Source: a virus. From it: a DNA stretch of 64,000 nt. Positions within the stretch are counted from its first letter, which is position 1; each line of letters begins with the position of its first letter. Shown here piece after piece: positions 45,656-54,919 of this stretch. A model generated the notes under the pieces. It saw nothing but the letters and a program-made list of their open reading frames with translations. It ran no database searches and was not told the DNA's origin. The stretch is taken from positions 11,765-75,764 of the IMG/VR virus record IMGVR_UViG_3300031251_000011; one strand, given 5' to 3'. The translations under genes and the position numbers were made by a program.

Positions 45656-47279
45656 GTCTTCCGCCCACCAGCATGGCGCTCTTCATCAGCAGCTCGTCGC
45701 TGATCTGCAGGCCTCGCTGCGCCCTCGCCATCCGGATCATCACCGCGTCGGCGAGGTTCGGCGACCTGGCGCCCTCGGGCGTCTTGTCAACGACGATCTT
45801 GCCGGAGGTGTTCAGCTCGTAGGTCGGCTGCGAAAGCTCCAGCAGCAGCTTCGGCCGCAGCTTCATGCCGCCGTCGATGAAGATCATCTCGTCGGCCTTG
45901 TAGATCGCGTCCTTCGTGACCGCGCGCCACGTCTTGTAGAACCTGGTGCGAAGCTCCCACCACGCCTGCGCCTTGCGGTTCGCGAAGTAGTCCTCGTTCT
46001 TGCGGCCCTTGACGTCCTCGCGCTCCGGGTCCAGCACCGCCGCGCTCCCGCGGAAGGCCTCGAAGACGATGGGCGGCCGCGGGTGGCGCTTCTCGTTCGC
46101 CACGCGCGCGTCGCCTCTGGCGCCTGCGCCCAGCCCGTCGGCGTCGTACCTGATCTTCTTGACCCCGGCCGCGTCGGCGAGGTCGATCGCCTTCAGCACC
46201 GTGTCGTAGATGTCGCTCCCCTTGCCCGACCACTCGACCAGGTCCTCGACCAGGGGTCCGATGCCGCAGCACCAGGCGTTGCCGTCCTTGCCCTCGTCGG
46301 CGATGTCCAGCGATCCGAACCGCTCGCCCGTCGCGCTCATCTTCAGCTTCTTGTTCGCGTCCACCGCGGCCTGCACCCACGCGCTCGGGATCAGAGCGCC
46401 CTGCGTGCTCGCCTGGTAGTCGATGTCTATCTCCTGGGCGACGATGACCGGGTCGAGGTCCTCGTTCTGCCGCGCGTACCAGGCGTCGTCCTTGCGCGGG
46501 TCGTCGCGCCAGTGGAAGGTGAAGACCTTGATCTTGCCGCCGTGGCGCTTGATCGCGAACGTGTTGCCCATGCCGTTGACCGACGAGACGTCGAGCCGGC
46601 AGTTGGTGGTCTGCGAGAGCGCCGCGTCGACCTGCTCGGGATGCTCCAGGTAGGCCGACTCGTCCACGAGGTAGATGGCCGTGCGGTCTCCTCGGCCGAT
46701 GTTGTCGCCGGCCTCGCCGGTCATCGTGGCGCCGCTCTCCGGGAACGACAGCCGCATGTGCGGCGAGTTCTTCTTCCTGTCCCAGCCGCCTCTGAACTCG
46801 ACCGGCAGGTTCTCCATGAACACGCGGGCCTTGTAGAAGAGCGACTTCGGGTCGCCGAGCCTGTCGACGTAGTCTTCCTTGCGAGAGCCGAAGCCGATGG
46901 CCATGCCTTCGTAATGCAAACACAAAGAGCACGCGGTAGACGTCATCAGCCAGCTCAGCCCCATGTCGCGCGACTTCTCGGTGATGCCCGGGCGCTGGCT
47001 CTTCCAGCGGTCAACCAGGAACTCCACCCACTCGCGCTGCTTGGGGAACAGCTTGAACGGTATCAGAGCCGGCCTGCCCAGCTCGATGTTGCGCGGGTCG
47101 AAGGTCCAGCCCCAATCGTCGATGAACTGCGCAGGGTTGTCGCGGTAGTAGAGCTTCAGCAGCCTGACGTCGATCTCGCCGCGCCTGATCCGTTCCAGCC
47201 GCTTCCCGCGCTCCACGATCACGCTGACGTAGTCAGGGGCCTTAAAGTCGAACGGCGTGGCCGCGGCAGGCTTAGCCAT
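45645..47279 (-). CDS. terL: Terminase large subunit
   Basis: 'EKSRDMGLSW', 'GRGDR...LVDESA', 'SSVNG', nuclease 'LDIADEG.D', 'SPNLADA'. Confidence 0.93.
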   Translation of the reverse strand: MAKPAAATPFDFKAPDYVSVIVERGKRLERIRRGEIDVRLLKLYYRDNPAQFIDDWGWTFDPRNIELGRPALIPFKLFPKQREWVEFLVDRWKSQRPGITEKSRDMGLSWLMTSTACSLCLHYEGMAIGFGSRKEDYVDRLGDPKSLFYKARVFMENLPVEFRGGWDRKKNSPHMRLSFPESGATMTGEAGDNIGRGDRTAIYLVDESAYLEHPEQVDAALSQTTNCRLDVSSVNGMGNTFAIKRHGGKIKVFTFHWRDDPRKDDAWYARQNEDLDPVIVAQEIDIDYQASTQGALIPSAWVQAAVDANKKLKMSATGERFGSLDIADEGKDGNAWCCGIGPLVEDLVEWSGKGSDIYDTVLKAIDLADAAGVKKIRYDADGLGAGARGDARVANEKRHPRPPIVFEAFRGSAAVLDPEREDVKGRKNEDYFANRKAQAWWELRTRFYKTWRAVTKDAIYKADEMIFIDGGMKLRPKLLLELSQPTYELNTSGKIVVDKTPEGARSPNLADAVMIRMARAQRGLQISDELLMKSAMLVGGRRAA

Positions 47280-47886
47280 TGCCGCCGAGCAGCTTCTGGT
47301 ACTCGCCGACGGCCTGCTGCGGTGTCATGTTCAACGTGTTGTTGTGCTGCGAGAAGCTGAAGTTGTTGATGACCGTGCTACCGTCACCGGGCTGAAGGTT
47401 CTTTGCGTTCGGTGCCAGGTAACGCAGCAGCGTGGTCAGAGCGCCGAGCTTGTCGTGTAGTTTGAACTTGGTGCGCTTAACCGCTCGCGCGTCATCTCCG
47501 CGGCCTTCCGTGTACTCTTCAGTTATCAGCTCGCTGACCGCTGCGAGCTGCTCACGAGTAGCTGTGCTGAAATCGATATACCGTTCCCCGCTGCCGTTGA
47601 GCGAGGTGTAGTCAGCCAGGTTACTGAACCCCAGCTTTCCGATCTCGGCCACTACATCATCGAGCACGATCCTGGTGCGTTGCCGCAGCAGCTCAAGCTC
47701 TTCCCCCAGGATTTTTTCCACGTTGGGGTTTCTGAGGAGCTTCGACGCTTCCGACGCTGCGGAGGCAGGGGGGAGGCCAGTAGCTATCGCCGCCTGTGTG
47801 GCATTGAATTTCATCGCAAGATAGTTCATCGCGAACATCCGCTCGCGCTCAGCCTTCCGATACTGAGTTTTCTTAGGCGCCGGCAT
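47272..47886 (-). CDS. terS: Terminase small subunit
   Basis: 'F...YL..FNATQAAI..G..ASKLLRNP.V..KFKLHDK..AL'; start ATG at 47886. Confidence 0.88.
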   Translation of the reverse strand: MPAPKKTQYRKAERERMFAMNYLAMKFNATQAAIATGLPPASAASEASKLLRNPNVEKILGEELELLRQRTRIVLDDVVAEIGKLGFSNLADYTSLNGSGERYIDFSTATREQLAAVSELITEEYTEGRGDDARAVKRTKFKLHDKLGALTTLLRYLAPNAKNLQPGDGSTVINNFSFSQHNNTLNMTPQQAVGEYQKLLGGNG

Positions 47887-47888
47887 TG

Positions 47889-48407
47889 TCAGACCAGCTC
47901 CAGCGCCCGCTTGGACACCTTCATCTCGCGCTCGGAGCCGAACAGGCTCAGCAGGACCTTGACGCGGTCGCCCTTCGACCAGGTCACGGGTCCGGTGTGT
48001 CCTGCGAAAGGTCCCTCGGTCAATTTCACTCTGGCTCCGACGGGGGTGACGATCAGACGTTTCAGCGTCCTGTCGATCGACGCGGCCTCGACCGTCGATC
48101 CTCTGCAGAGCATCAGGAGTTCTTCGACCACGCCGTCCCGCACCCTGGCCGGTGAGTCGGGAGACGACAGCATGAGCTGTTTCACGCCTCGGGTCCCGTT
48201 GATCGAGCGCCACTGCGTGAGGGCGCGGTCGAAGTTGATGAAGATGTAGCCGGGGAAGTACGCGTACTCCGTCGTAACCTTGCGGCCGCGGGTCACTCTC
48301 GTGAACTCGTAGCGCGGGGCGAAGGGCTCGAAGCCCTGGCGCACGAGGTGCTCCTCAGCGGTCAGCTCCATGAAAGGCTGAACGGTCGCGACGTGCCAGG
48401 CGTGCAA
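47889..48407 (-). CDS. NusG-paralogue (RfaH-like) transcription antiterminator
   Basis: NGN domain 'WHVA..HL.RQGF..F.P..FPGYIFI..WRSINGTRGV' plus KOW 'G.RV...GPFAG..G..RV.VLL.LFG'; TTG start with GGGGA RBS. Confidence 0.88.
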   Translation of the reverse strand: MHAWHVATVQPFMELTAEEHLVRQGFEPFAPRYEFTRVTRGRKVTTEYAYFPGYIFINFDRALTQWRSINGTRGVKQLMLSSPDSPARVRDGVVEELLMLCRGSTVEAASIDRTLKRLIVTPVGARVKLTEGPFAGHTGPVTWSKGDRVKVLLSLFGSEREMKVSKRALELV

Positions 48408-48430
48408 GCTGTTGATCCCCCGTTCAAGTT

Positions 48431-48438
48431 GCTACCGC
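48431..48438 (-). promoter_or_regulatory. ops-like pause/recruitment element GCGGTAGC
   Basis: Matches the core of enterobacterial ops (GGCGGTAGCGTG); on the non-template strand 23 nt upstream of the RfaH-like start. Confidence 0.5.
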
Positions 48439-48589
48439 ACCCGTGGAGCTTTCGCAACCGGGTTAGCACGTCGGAAGAGCCCGCTAAGTACCAAGCCCTC
48501 GCCCGGGTGTCTACAGCTTTGCTAGACCTCGGCGGTGCGGGGGAGACAGGGGGAGCGTCGCGATCGCGCTGCACCGTGACCGGCAATCG

Positions 48590-48706
48590 GTATTGCCTAT
48601 ATAGATGCTATACTTGGTAAAATCTAAGGTAACTGTTTATAAACTGTATACAACAGATAAAGAGTTACACTAGATTTTACCAAGCCTAGCCTCTTATAGG
48701 GGATAC
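48590..48706. repeat. AT-rich long imperfect inverted repeat at the divergence point
   Basis: CTTGGTAAAATCTA (48613-26) and TAGATTTTACCAAG (48671-84) are perfect 14-bp arms; imperfect pairing extends inward and outward. Confidence 0.85.
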
Positions 48707-48733
48707 GCCCCACAACGATGGAGGTCTTTCACG

Positions 48734-49282
48734 ATGAGCAGACAGCCGCACCACTCGAAGAACTACGGCGGCATCCGCCTGGGATCGGGCCGCAAGGGCG
48801 CCGACATGTACCCCCCTGCCGACGGCGACGAGCTGGAGCTGTACCCGCGGCGCTCCTTCACCGTGGAGGGCGGCCCCGTCTACCTGGAAGAGGGCGACGG
48901 CATCGCGTACGAGAACGCGCAGCGCGTCGCGGTCCTCCTCAAGAAGATGGGGCTGTCGCCCGTGTTCTCCGTCGTGGCGCCCGACGGCGTGGAGAAGCGC
49001 AAGGTGCCGCACAAACGCGTCGAGGCTCCCGTGGTCCGGGACATCCTGTACGACAGAGGCCCCGAGGGTTTCACTATCCCGGAGCTTGCGCGCGCGCTCT
49101 TCAAGCCCGGTGACGAGCTGTGGAGCCCGATGGACCAGAAGGCCGGCGAGAACAAGGCCCACATGTGGATGGCCAAGCTGCGCCGCGAGGGCGTCGCCAC
49201 GCGCTTCTACCGCCACTCCGACGGCAAGGCGATCTACATTCATGTTCAGCGGGCCGCCGCTCTTCAACCCGCTGACAAATAA
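48734..49282 (+). CDS. Hypothetical protein with a possible C-terminal winged HTH
   Basis: GGAGG RBS; 'FTIPELARALF..AHMWMAKLRREG'. Confidence 0.6.
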   Translation: MSRQPHHSKNYGGIRLGSGRKGADMYPPADGDELELYPRRSFTVEGGPVYLEEGDGIAYENAQRVAVLLKKMGLSPVFSVVAPDGVEKRKVPHKRVEAPVVRDILYDRGPEGFTIPELARALFKPGDELWSPMDQKAGENKAHMWMAKLRREGVATRFYRHSDGKAIYIHVQRAAALQPADK

Positions 49283-49451
49283 CCCTTTACCTCAAAAGCC
49301 AAGGGGGTTTAGTAGGGGTGTTCCCGAGGAGAGGGCGTTAAACCTCTCTCCTCTCCTGCTTAGAGCCAGAAGAGAGACGGGAACATATGAGCTACCCAAG
49401 CGGCCCGACTTCGAGCGACCTGTGGTAGGCGTCCTCCGCGGCTCCACCGCC

Positions 49452-51176
49452 ATGACCCCGCTCGACTACGAGCACTTCGGACCTGTCCCATACGAGTGGC
49501 AGGACGAGTGCCATGCAGCCACGGCCGAGGCTCTCTACCATGCGCTGCTGTCTGAGCCCCGCTGCGGGAAGAGCAAGCCCATCATCGATACGGCCTGCTA
49601 CCGTTTCCTGCTCGGCCGCTCCTCCCCCCTGTACTGCGACCTCGTCCTGATCGTCGCCATGCCTTCGGGCGCGCCCTGGAACTGGGAGCGCGTCGAGGTG
49701 CCGAAGCACTGTCGCCCTGATGTCAACCCGCTCTGCCTGACCTGGGAGAGCGACGAGGCTGCCGCTCGCACCGAGAAGGGCCGCCGCGTCTTCGGCTCCA
49801 AGGCCTGGCGCGATCGCCTCATCGACTTCGAGAACCACGCTGGCCTCCGCTTCCTGCTGGTCCACGGTGAAGCAATTCTCACGGAGCCGTTCCTCGACCT
49901 GCTGCGCCGCCTCTTCCCCAAATCCAAAGTCATGGTCGTGGGTGACGAGTCTTCGCTGATAATGAAAGCGCCGCCCGGTCCCAAGCACGGCAAGCGCACC
50001 GCGAAGATGCACGTCATCAGCCGCCAGAAGACTGTCGTGTGCCGTCGCATCATGGACGGCACGCCGGTGGGCGAGGGACCTCTTGACCTGTTCGGCCAGG
50101 TCGGCTTCCTGATGCCCGAGCCGTTCGGCTTCAAGACGTTCGTCGCGTTCCGCGCGCACCACGTCTCGATGGTTGACGGCACGGACTACGTGTTCAAGAT
50201 CGGGCTGAGCCGCGGCGAGGAGGTGGCGCCCCTCTACGGCTTTGAAGGAAAAACTGCAGCTGACTTCGCCGAGGCCTACGCGGTCCGTTCCGGCGGGAAG
50301 AGGTGGCCCGCCAAGGAGAAGGACGAGAGCACGGGCGAGGTCAAGTACAAGAACCTCGATGAGCTTGGGGCCAAGCTGGCGGAGTTCTCCACGCGGATAA
50401 AAAGGCGTGACGTCTACAAGAGCCACGAGAAGGTTTACCAGAAGGTCTTCTTCGAGATGTCGCCTGAACAGAAGCGGGTCTACGAAGAATTGCGGTCAAC
50501 GTATGAGGCCGAGCTTGAGGGTGGGAAAAGGGTAGAGGCTCGCAACGTTCTTGAACGGCTGATGCGCCTGCAGCAGGTGACGTCGAACTTCTACCCCGAT
50601 CCTAAATCAGTGATCGCCTGCGGAAGCTGCGATGGCGAGGATGGCAGCTGTGAGACCTGCGGCGGGGCAGGCTACGTCGAGAGCAAAGGTCCGAGGACCA
50701 TGCGTCGCATCGGGAACAGCAACCCGAGGCTGGAGGCCCTGGGCGAGCAGCTGACCGGAGAGCCGACCATCGTGTGGTGCCGCTTCCACCAGGAGATGGA
50801 CGACGTGATGGGGCTGCTTCGTGAAAGAGGTATGGGCCCCGTCGAATACTCCGGCCGGATGAAGACTGCCGAGAAGCGCGAGAACGCCTTCGCGTTCCAA
50901 GAGGGCAAGGCCGGGAGCGTGGTGGCGACGCAGCGGAGCGCGGGTAGGGCGATCGCGCTGCCCGCGAAGATGATGTGTTACTACACGCAAGAATACTCGT
51001 TGCTGTCCAGACTGCAGAGTGAAGACAGAGCCGAGATGCCAGGCAACAAAGAAGGTACGGGCGTTCTGGACTTGGTGGCCGTTGGAAGCAAAGACCTAGC
51101 CATCGTGCAAGCCCTCATAGGTAAACGTAGAGTGTCTGATGTAATCATGCGAGAGAGTTCGGGGAGCTGGCTGTGA
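49452..51176 (+). CDS. SNF2-like (SF2) helicase
   Basis: 'EPRCGKS', 'GDESS', 'MDGTP...PLDLFGQ', 'RLQQ', 'IVWCRF', 'QSEDRA'; likely start MTPLDY. Confidence 0.85.
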   Translation: MTPLDYEHFGPVPYEWQDECHAATAEALYHALLSEPRCGKSKPIIDTACYRFLLGRSSPLYCDLVLIVAMPSGAPWNWERVEVPKHCRPDVNPLCLTWESDEAAARTEKGRRVFGSKAWRDRLIDFENHAGLRFLLVHGEAILTEPFLDLLRRLFPKSKVMVVGDESSLIMKAPPGPKHGKRTAKMHVISRQKTVVCRRIMDGTPVGEGPLDLFGQVGFLMPEPFGFKTFVAFRAHHVSMVDGTDYVFKIGLSRGEEVAPLYGFEGKTAADFAEAYAVRSGGKRWPAKEKDESTGEVKYKNLDELGAKLAEFSTRIKRRDVYKSHEKVYQKVFFEMSPEQKRVYEELRSTYEAELEGGKRVEARNVLERLMRLQQVTSNFYPDPKSVIACGSCDGEDGSCETCGGAGYVESKGPRTMRRIGNSNPRLEALGEQLTGEPTIVWCRFHQEMDDVMGLLRERGMGPVEYSGRMKTAEKRENAFAFQEGKAGSVVATQRSAGRAIALPAKMMCYYTQEYSLLSRLQSEDRAEMPGNKEGTGVLDLVAVGSKDLAIVQALIGKRRVSDVIMRESSGSWL

Positions 51177-51796
51177 AGAAATTCTACGTTTACGTCCTCT
51201 CTTCAAAAACTGTTGGCCCGTTCTACGTGGGCAAAGGTCACGGAGAACGCTGCAAGCTACATGAGCGTGAAGCTAAGCTGCGCGCTCCTACGCAGGACTC
51301 GGTAAACCCGTTCAAGCTGCGGGTTATCCGGAAAATACTGAAAGCCGGTGAAGAGGTTGACATCAAGCTGACATTCTACGTCACTGATACAGCGGCGTTG
51401 AGAGCTGAGAAAAGGCTTATAGCTAAGCACGGGCGCAGAGACATCAAAACTGGCTGTCTTGCTAACCTGACCGATGGCGGTGAAGGCGCGGCAGGTTACA
51501 GGCATACAGCTGAGGACAAAGTTGTATGCGGTAACTCATGGCGCGGCAAGAAGCGTCCTCCAGAATTCAGCGCGATGCTGAAAGCACGACGCGGGGAAAA
51601 GCGCAGTGACGTGACGAAAGCCCGACTGAAGGCTGCGCACAAACACAGAGACAAAGAGGCTTGGAAGAAGAAGCTGAGGGCCGCGTGGCGCCGAAGAAAG
51701 AAACGCGGCCCTATCTTCAGCGAAGAGGAGCGTCTTAAAATATCAACGCGCGTTAAGGAATGGTGGGATATTCGCCGAGGGATTTCAGCACCATGA
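51173..51796 (+). mobile_element. Free-standing GIY-YIG homing endonuclease with a NUMOD-like tail
   Basis: 'FYVYVL..FYVGKG..R..H..E..LI..NLTDGGEG'; lower GC than its flanks. Confidence 0.78.
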
Positions 51797-52004
51797 CAAA
51801 CCGTTTCAGGATGGACTGCCCCACCTTCGGCAAGTGTCCGATGCCGGAGATATGTTTTCTGGAGAAGCTGGACGCCCGGAGCGGGGAGCGCCGCTGCAGA
51901 CGCGCGACCGCCGAGGGACAGGGGGAGGGCCTGACGCTGGGAGCGCCGTCGGCGCTGGGTGCGTCGCCCTCCCCCGCCTTATCCCCCTGTCTTCCCGGTG
52001 CGTC

Positions 52005-52244
52005 ATGCTAGCTCACGTCAAGGGCGCGAGCTTCACCATCCTCGCCGTCGGACTGATATTGACATATGCGGAATGGCAAGCGGAGACGCTCAGCGGCTTC
52101 TGGAGCACGTGGCGCTGCGGGGGTCTCGTGGGCCTGGGTGTCGGGGCCATCGTCAGCGACGTGACCCTGGGCGCGCTGCACGAGAAGGTCAAGGACATGC
52201 AGAAGCAGATGGAAGCTCTGCTGGCGAGAGAGGAAAAGAGATGA
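52005..52244 (+). CDS. Small 2-TM membrane protein
   Basis: Two hydrophobic segments plus a coiled coil. Confidence 0.5.
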   Translation: MLAHVKGASFTILAVGLILTYAEWQAETLSGFWSTWRCGGLVGLGVGAIVSDVTLGALHEKVKDMQKQMEALLAREEKR

Positions 52245-52624
52245 GCAAGGTTTACGTCGTCGAGCTTCCGCTGCGTCACGACAGGACGAGCGGGCAGATG
52301 GTGCCGGCGCGCGACCTGACCGACGCGTGCAGGTTCGGGGAAATCATTTTTCTTCTTCCGCCTTCCGGTGAGGGCAGACCGTTCGATCTCAAGCCCGTGG
52401 TCGATAAGCTGCGGGAGGGCCTGCACGGCTTCACGTCCGACGACTACCTGGTCGCGGGCATGGGCCATCCCCTCTCCCTCGCCGCCGCGACGGCGCTCGC
52501 GGCCGAGGCGGCGGAAGGCAAGCTGAAGCTGCTGCACTGGCTCCGCGACGACGCGGGCTACCAGGCGGTGACGCTTGACCTGTTCAACATGGACGACGAG
52601 CGTTTCGAGAAGAAGCGCGTTTAA
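52241..52624 (+). CDS. Conserved phage hypothetical protein
   Basis: 'MSKVYVV..DL..A..FGEI.FL..L..F..DDYL...G.P..LL.W....Y'. Confidence 0.7.
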   Translation: MSKVYVVELPLRHDRTSGQMVPARDLTDACRFGEIIFLLPPSGEGRPFDLKPVVDKLREGLHGFTSDDYLVAGMGHPLSLAAATALAAEAAEGKLKLLHWLRDDAGYQAVTLDLFNMDDERFEKKRV

Positions 52625-52644
52625 CAGAGCGAGGAGAAGAAGCC

Positions 52645-53577
52645 ATGGCTAAGTCAGCGACGTTGAAGAAGCCCGCGGAGAAGCCCGCGACCGTGAAGAC
52701 GACAACCGATAAACTGCGGGAGGGCAAGCCCAAGTCAGTCGCGCTCCCTCCGAAAGGTTTCCGCTGTCAGGAGGCGAGCCTCCTCGCCAAGACCAAGTAC
52801 ATCGCCTGCGGCATGCCCGCGACGCGCGTGGTGACCTGGCTCGGGACACCGCGCAACAACTCCGAGACTTACTGCATGTGCACCGGCTGCGCCGACCACA
52901 ACGTCAGGAACAGGGAGGCCAGGTACGTGCTGGTCGGCGAGAGCTACGAGATCACGCCTATCAAGAGCGGGCCGGACCACGTCAGCAAGGAGGCGCCCGC
53001 GGTCGAGGTCGAGGAGGCACCCGCTGAAACTACCGTCACCGACGAGCAGCGCAAGTCGGTCGCCGACCAGTGCCTGGAGGCCAAAGCGCTGGAGGACGAG
53101 ATAGCCGGCGAGGAGGCCGTGACCGATGAGAAGCGCAAGCGGCTCCGCGACATGCTGGACCGGGTGCTGCCCGAGGCCATCAAGGCGATCGGCGTCTCGG
53201 AGGTCCCGCTGCTCGGCGGCGAGAAGGTCAAGCTGAAGGACATCAAGGGCGGTTACATCAAGGCCGACAACCGCGAGGAGGCGCACGCCAAGCTGGAGGA
53301 GTACGGCGAGGACGCCATCATCAAGCGGGTCGCCACCGTGGAGTTCGGCAAGGGCGACCAGGAGTGGTTCGAGAAGTGGATGCGCGACAACGCCAAGCGC
53401 AAGAAGCCTCTGAATATCTCGCTGAAGGAGGCGGTGAACGCGCAGACGCTCGACGCCTGGGTGCGAGAGAGGCTGCGCACGGGCCAGGAGATCGACCGCG
53501 ACCTGTTCGGCGTCTACGAGATCACGCGGGCGCAGATCGTGCGGCCGAAGGCCCTGAAGAAAAAGGATGACCTATGA
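52645..53577 (+). CDS. Replication-module protein (N-terminal Cys cluster, C-terminal coiled coil)
   Basis: Cys-rich N-terminus; 'IIKR..V.FGKG..V.AQTL.AWVRE....G'. Confidence 0.65.
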   Translation: MAKSATLKKPAEKPATVKTTTDKLREGKPKSVALPPKGFRCQEASLLAKTKYIACGMPATRVVTWLGTPRNNSETYCMCTGCADHNVRNREARYVLVGESYEITPIKSGPDHVSKEAPAVEVEEAPAETTVTDEQRKSVADQCLEAKALEDEIAGEEAVTDEKRKRLRDMLDRVLPEAIKAIGVSEVPLLGGEKVKLKDIKGGYIKADNREEAHAKLEEYGEDAIIKRVATVEFGKGDQEWFEKWMRDNAKRKKPLNISLKEAVNAQTLDAWVRERLRTGQEIDRDLFGVYEITRAQIVRPKALKKKDDL

Positions 53578-53726
53578 ACCCCTCCTGCTACCAGGTGGCC
53601 GCGCTCGCCGACTCGCTCGCGAGCCTGACCGCGTTCATGGTCATAATCAACGTGGCGGCGCTCGCGGTGATCGTACCGTGCGCGATCGTGTTCGCCGTCA
53701 GCAGCTTCAAGAGAACCAAGGACTGA
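53574..53726 (+). CDS. Small membrane protein (50 aa)
   Basis: ATGA overlap; hydrophobic AFMVIINVAALAVIVPCAIVFAV. Confidence 0.45.
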   Translation: MNPSCYQVAALADSLASLTAFMVIINVAALAVIVPCAIVFAVSSFKRTKD

Positions 53727-53816
53727 CCGGAATACCCGCTTCACCCGGAGCGGGTTAACGGCCGCAGCCGGCGCGGCTTACACAATGAGCCGGCTTAACA
53801 GAAGGAAGTCACAGCT

Positions 53817-54824
53817 ATGAGCAAGACAACCACTCTCGCCAAGGACGACAGGGGCATCGAAGAGGCCGCGCGCAACGCGGGAGGTGCCGCGGTCGACGCG
53901 GGTCCCAAGATCGAGGGCGGCGCCCTCACCCAGACCGGCTCGCGCGCGCTCGCCAGCTACGACTTCGGCGAGGACGCCGGCGTCGGCCTGGAGAACGTCG
54001 ACAAGTCCGAGCTGAAGCTGCCGTGGATCACGCTGCTGCAGTCGAACTCGCCGCAGGTCGAGGACGGCGACCCGAAGCAGATGCCGGGAGCGAAGGCGGG
54101 GCAGTTCCTGAACACGCTGACGAAGCGGCTCTACGACGGCAAGAAGGGTTTCGTAATCGTCCCCGCGATGCGCGACCGCAACTTCGTCGAGTACACGCCG
54201 CGCAACCTGGGCGGCGGTTTCCTGGGCGCCCACTCGCCGACCGACCCCGCGATCACGACGCTGATCGCGAACCACAACCGGAAGCTCGGCCGCAGGCCCG
54301 ACGCCGAGATTTACGGCAAGCTCTCGACCACGACGAAGCACTCCAGCGACGGGCTCCCGCTCGACGGCACAGAGTTCATCGACACGCGCTACCTGTTCGC
54401 CGTGGTCGCGCCGGAGGACGAGCCCGCCTTCTGGGCCATGCTCTCGTTCAAGTCGACGCAGATCGACAAGCAGAAGCAGCTCGTGAGCCGCGCCCTCGGC
54501 TTCAAGTACCCGCACCCGGCGAAGCCCGGCGTCATGCAGAACCCGCCGCTGTGGGCTCACCGCTGGTACATGACGTCGAAGCCCGAGCAGAAGAAGGGCA
54601 AGACATTCCAGGGCTACGAGCTGAAGCTGGCCGAGAAAAACGAGGACGGCAGCGAGAAGCCCGAGTGGTTCTCTCTGATGAAGATGGACGACGAGCTGTA
54701 CCAGCTCGGCCGCTCCCTCTACAAGGCGATGGCGAGCGGCGAGGCTAAGGCCGACTTTAGCCAGCAGGCGAGCGAGGCCGACGGCGGCGCGGCCGCTGCC
54801 GACGAGGAAGACGTGCCCATGTAA
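53817..54824 (+). CDS. Putative ssDNA-binding/annealing protein
   Basis: 'GLENV...L.LP...LLQSNSPQV..GAK.G.F.N'; acidic tail DEEDVPM. Confidence 0.65.
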   Translation: MSKTTTLAKDDRGIEEAARNAGGAAVDAGPKIEGGALTQTGSRALASYDFGEDAGVGLENVDKSELKLPWITLLQSNSPQVEDGDPKQMPGAKAGQFLNTLTKRLYDGKKGFVIVPAMRDRNFVEYTPRNLGGGFLGAHSPTDPAITTLIANHNRKLGRRPDAEIYGKLSTTTKHSSDGLPLDGTEFIDTRYLFAVVAPEDEPAFWAMLSFKSTQIDKQKQLVSRALGFKYPHPAKPGVMQNPPLWAHRWYMTSKPEQKKGKTFQGYELKLAEKNEDGSEKPEWFSLMKMDDELYQLGRSLYKAMASGEAKADFSQQASEADGGAAAADEEDVPM

Positions 54825-54919
54825 CTGCGCTCTGCCGAACGACGGGAGGGGGCGGCGGCTGGGAGGCTGCCGCCCTGTTCCGGTCTTATGAAGGACTGAG
54901 GTAGAGCGGGGCGTACAAC

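Noticed and set aside
22872-47360. Long + strand ORFs antisense to structural genes (e.g. 29156-30955, 39027-41570, 45582-47360)
   Set aside because: Shadow ORFs expected from high-GC codon bias; the - strand carries recognisable phage proteins.
48590-48706. Protelomerase (telRL-like) site
   Set aside because: The centre is not a perfect palindrome and no protelomerase gene is in the window; it cannot be fully excluded.
49286-49315. Fourth TTTACC-type promoter
   Set aside because: The -10 position reads TAGTAG, too weak to call confidently.
49387-49455. Genome-wide TAG stop-codon reassignment
   Set aside because: Many genes end cleanly at TAG, and conserved genes are not interrupted under the standard code.
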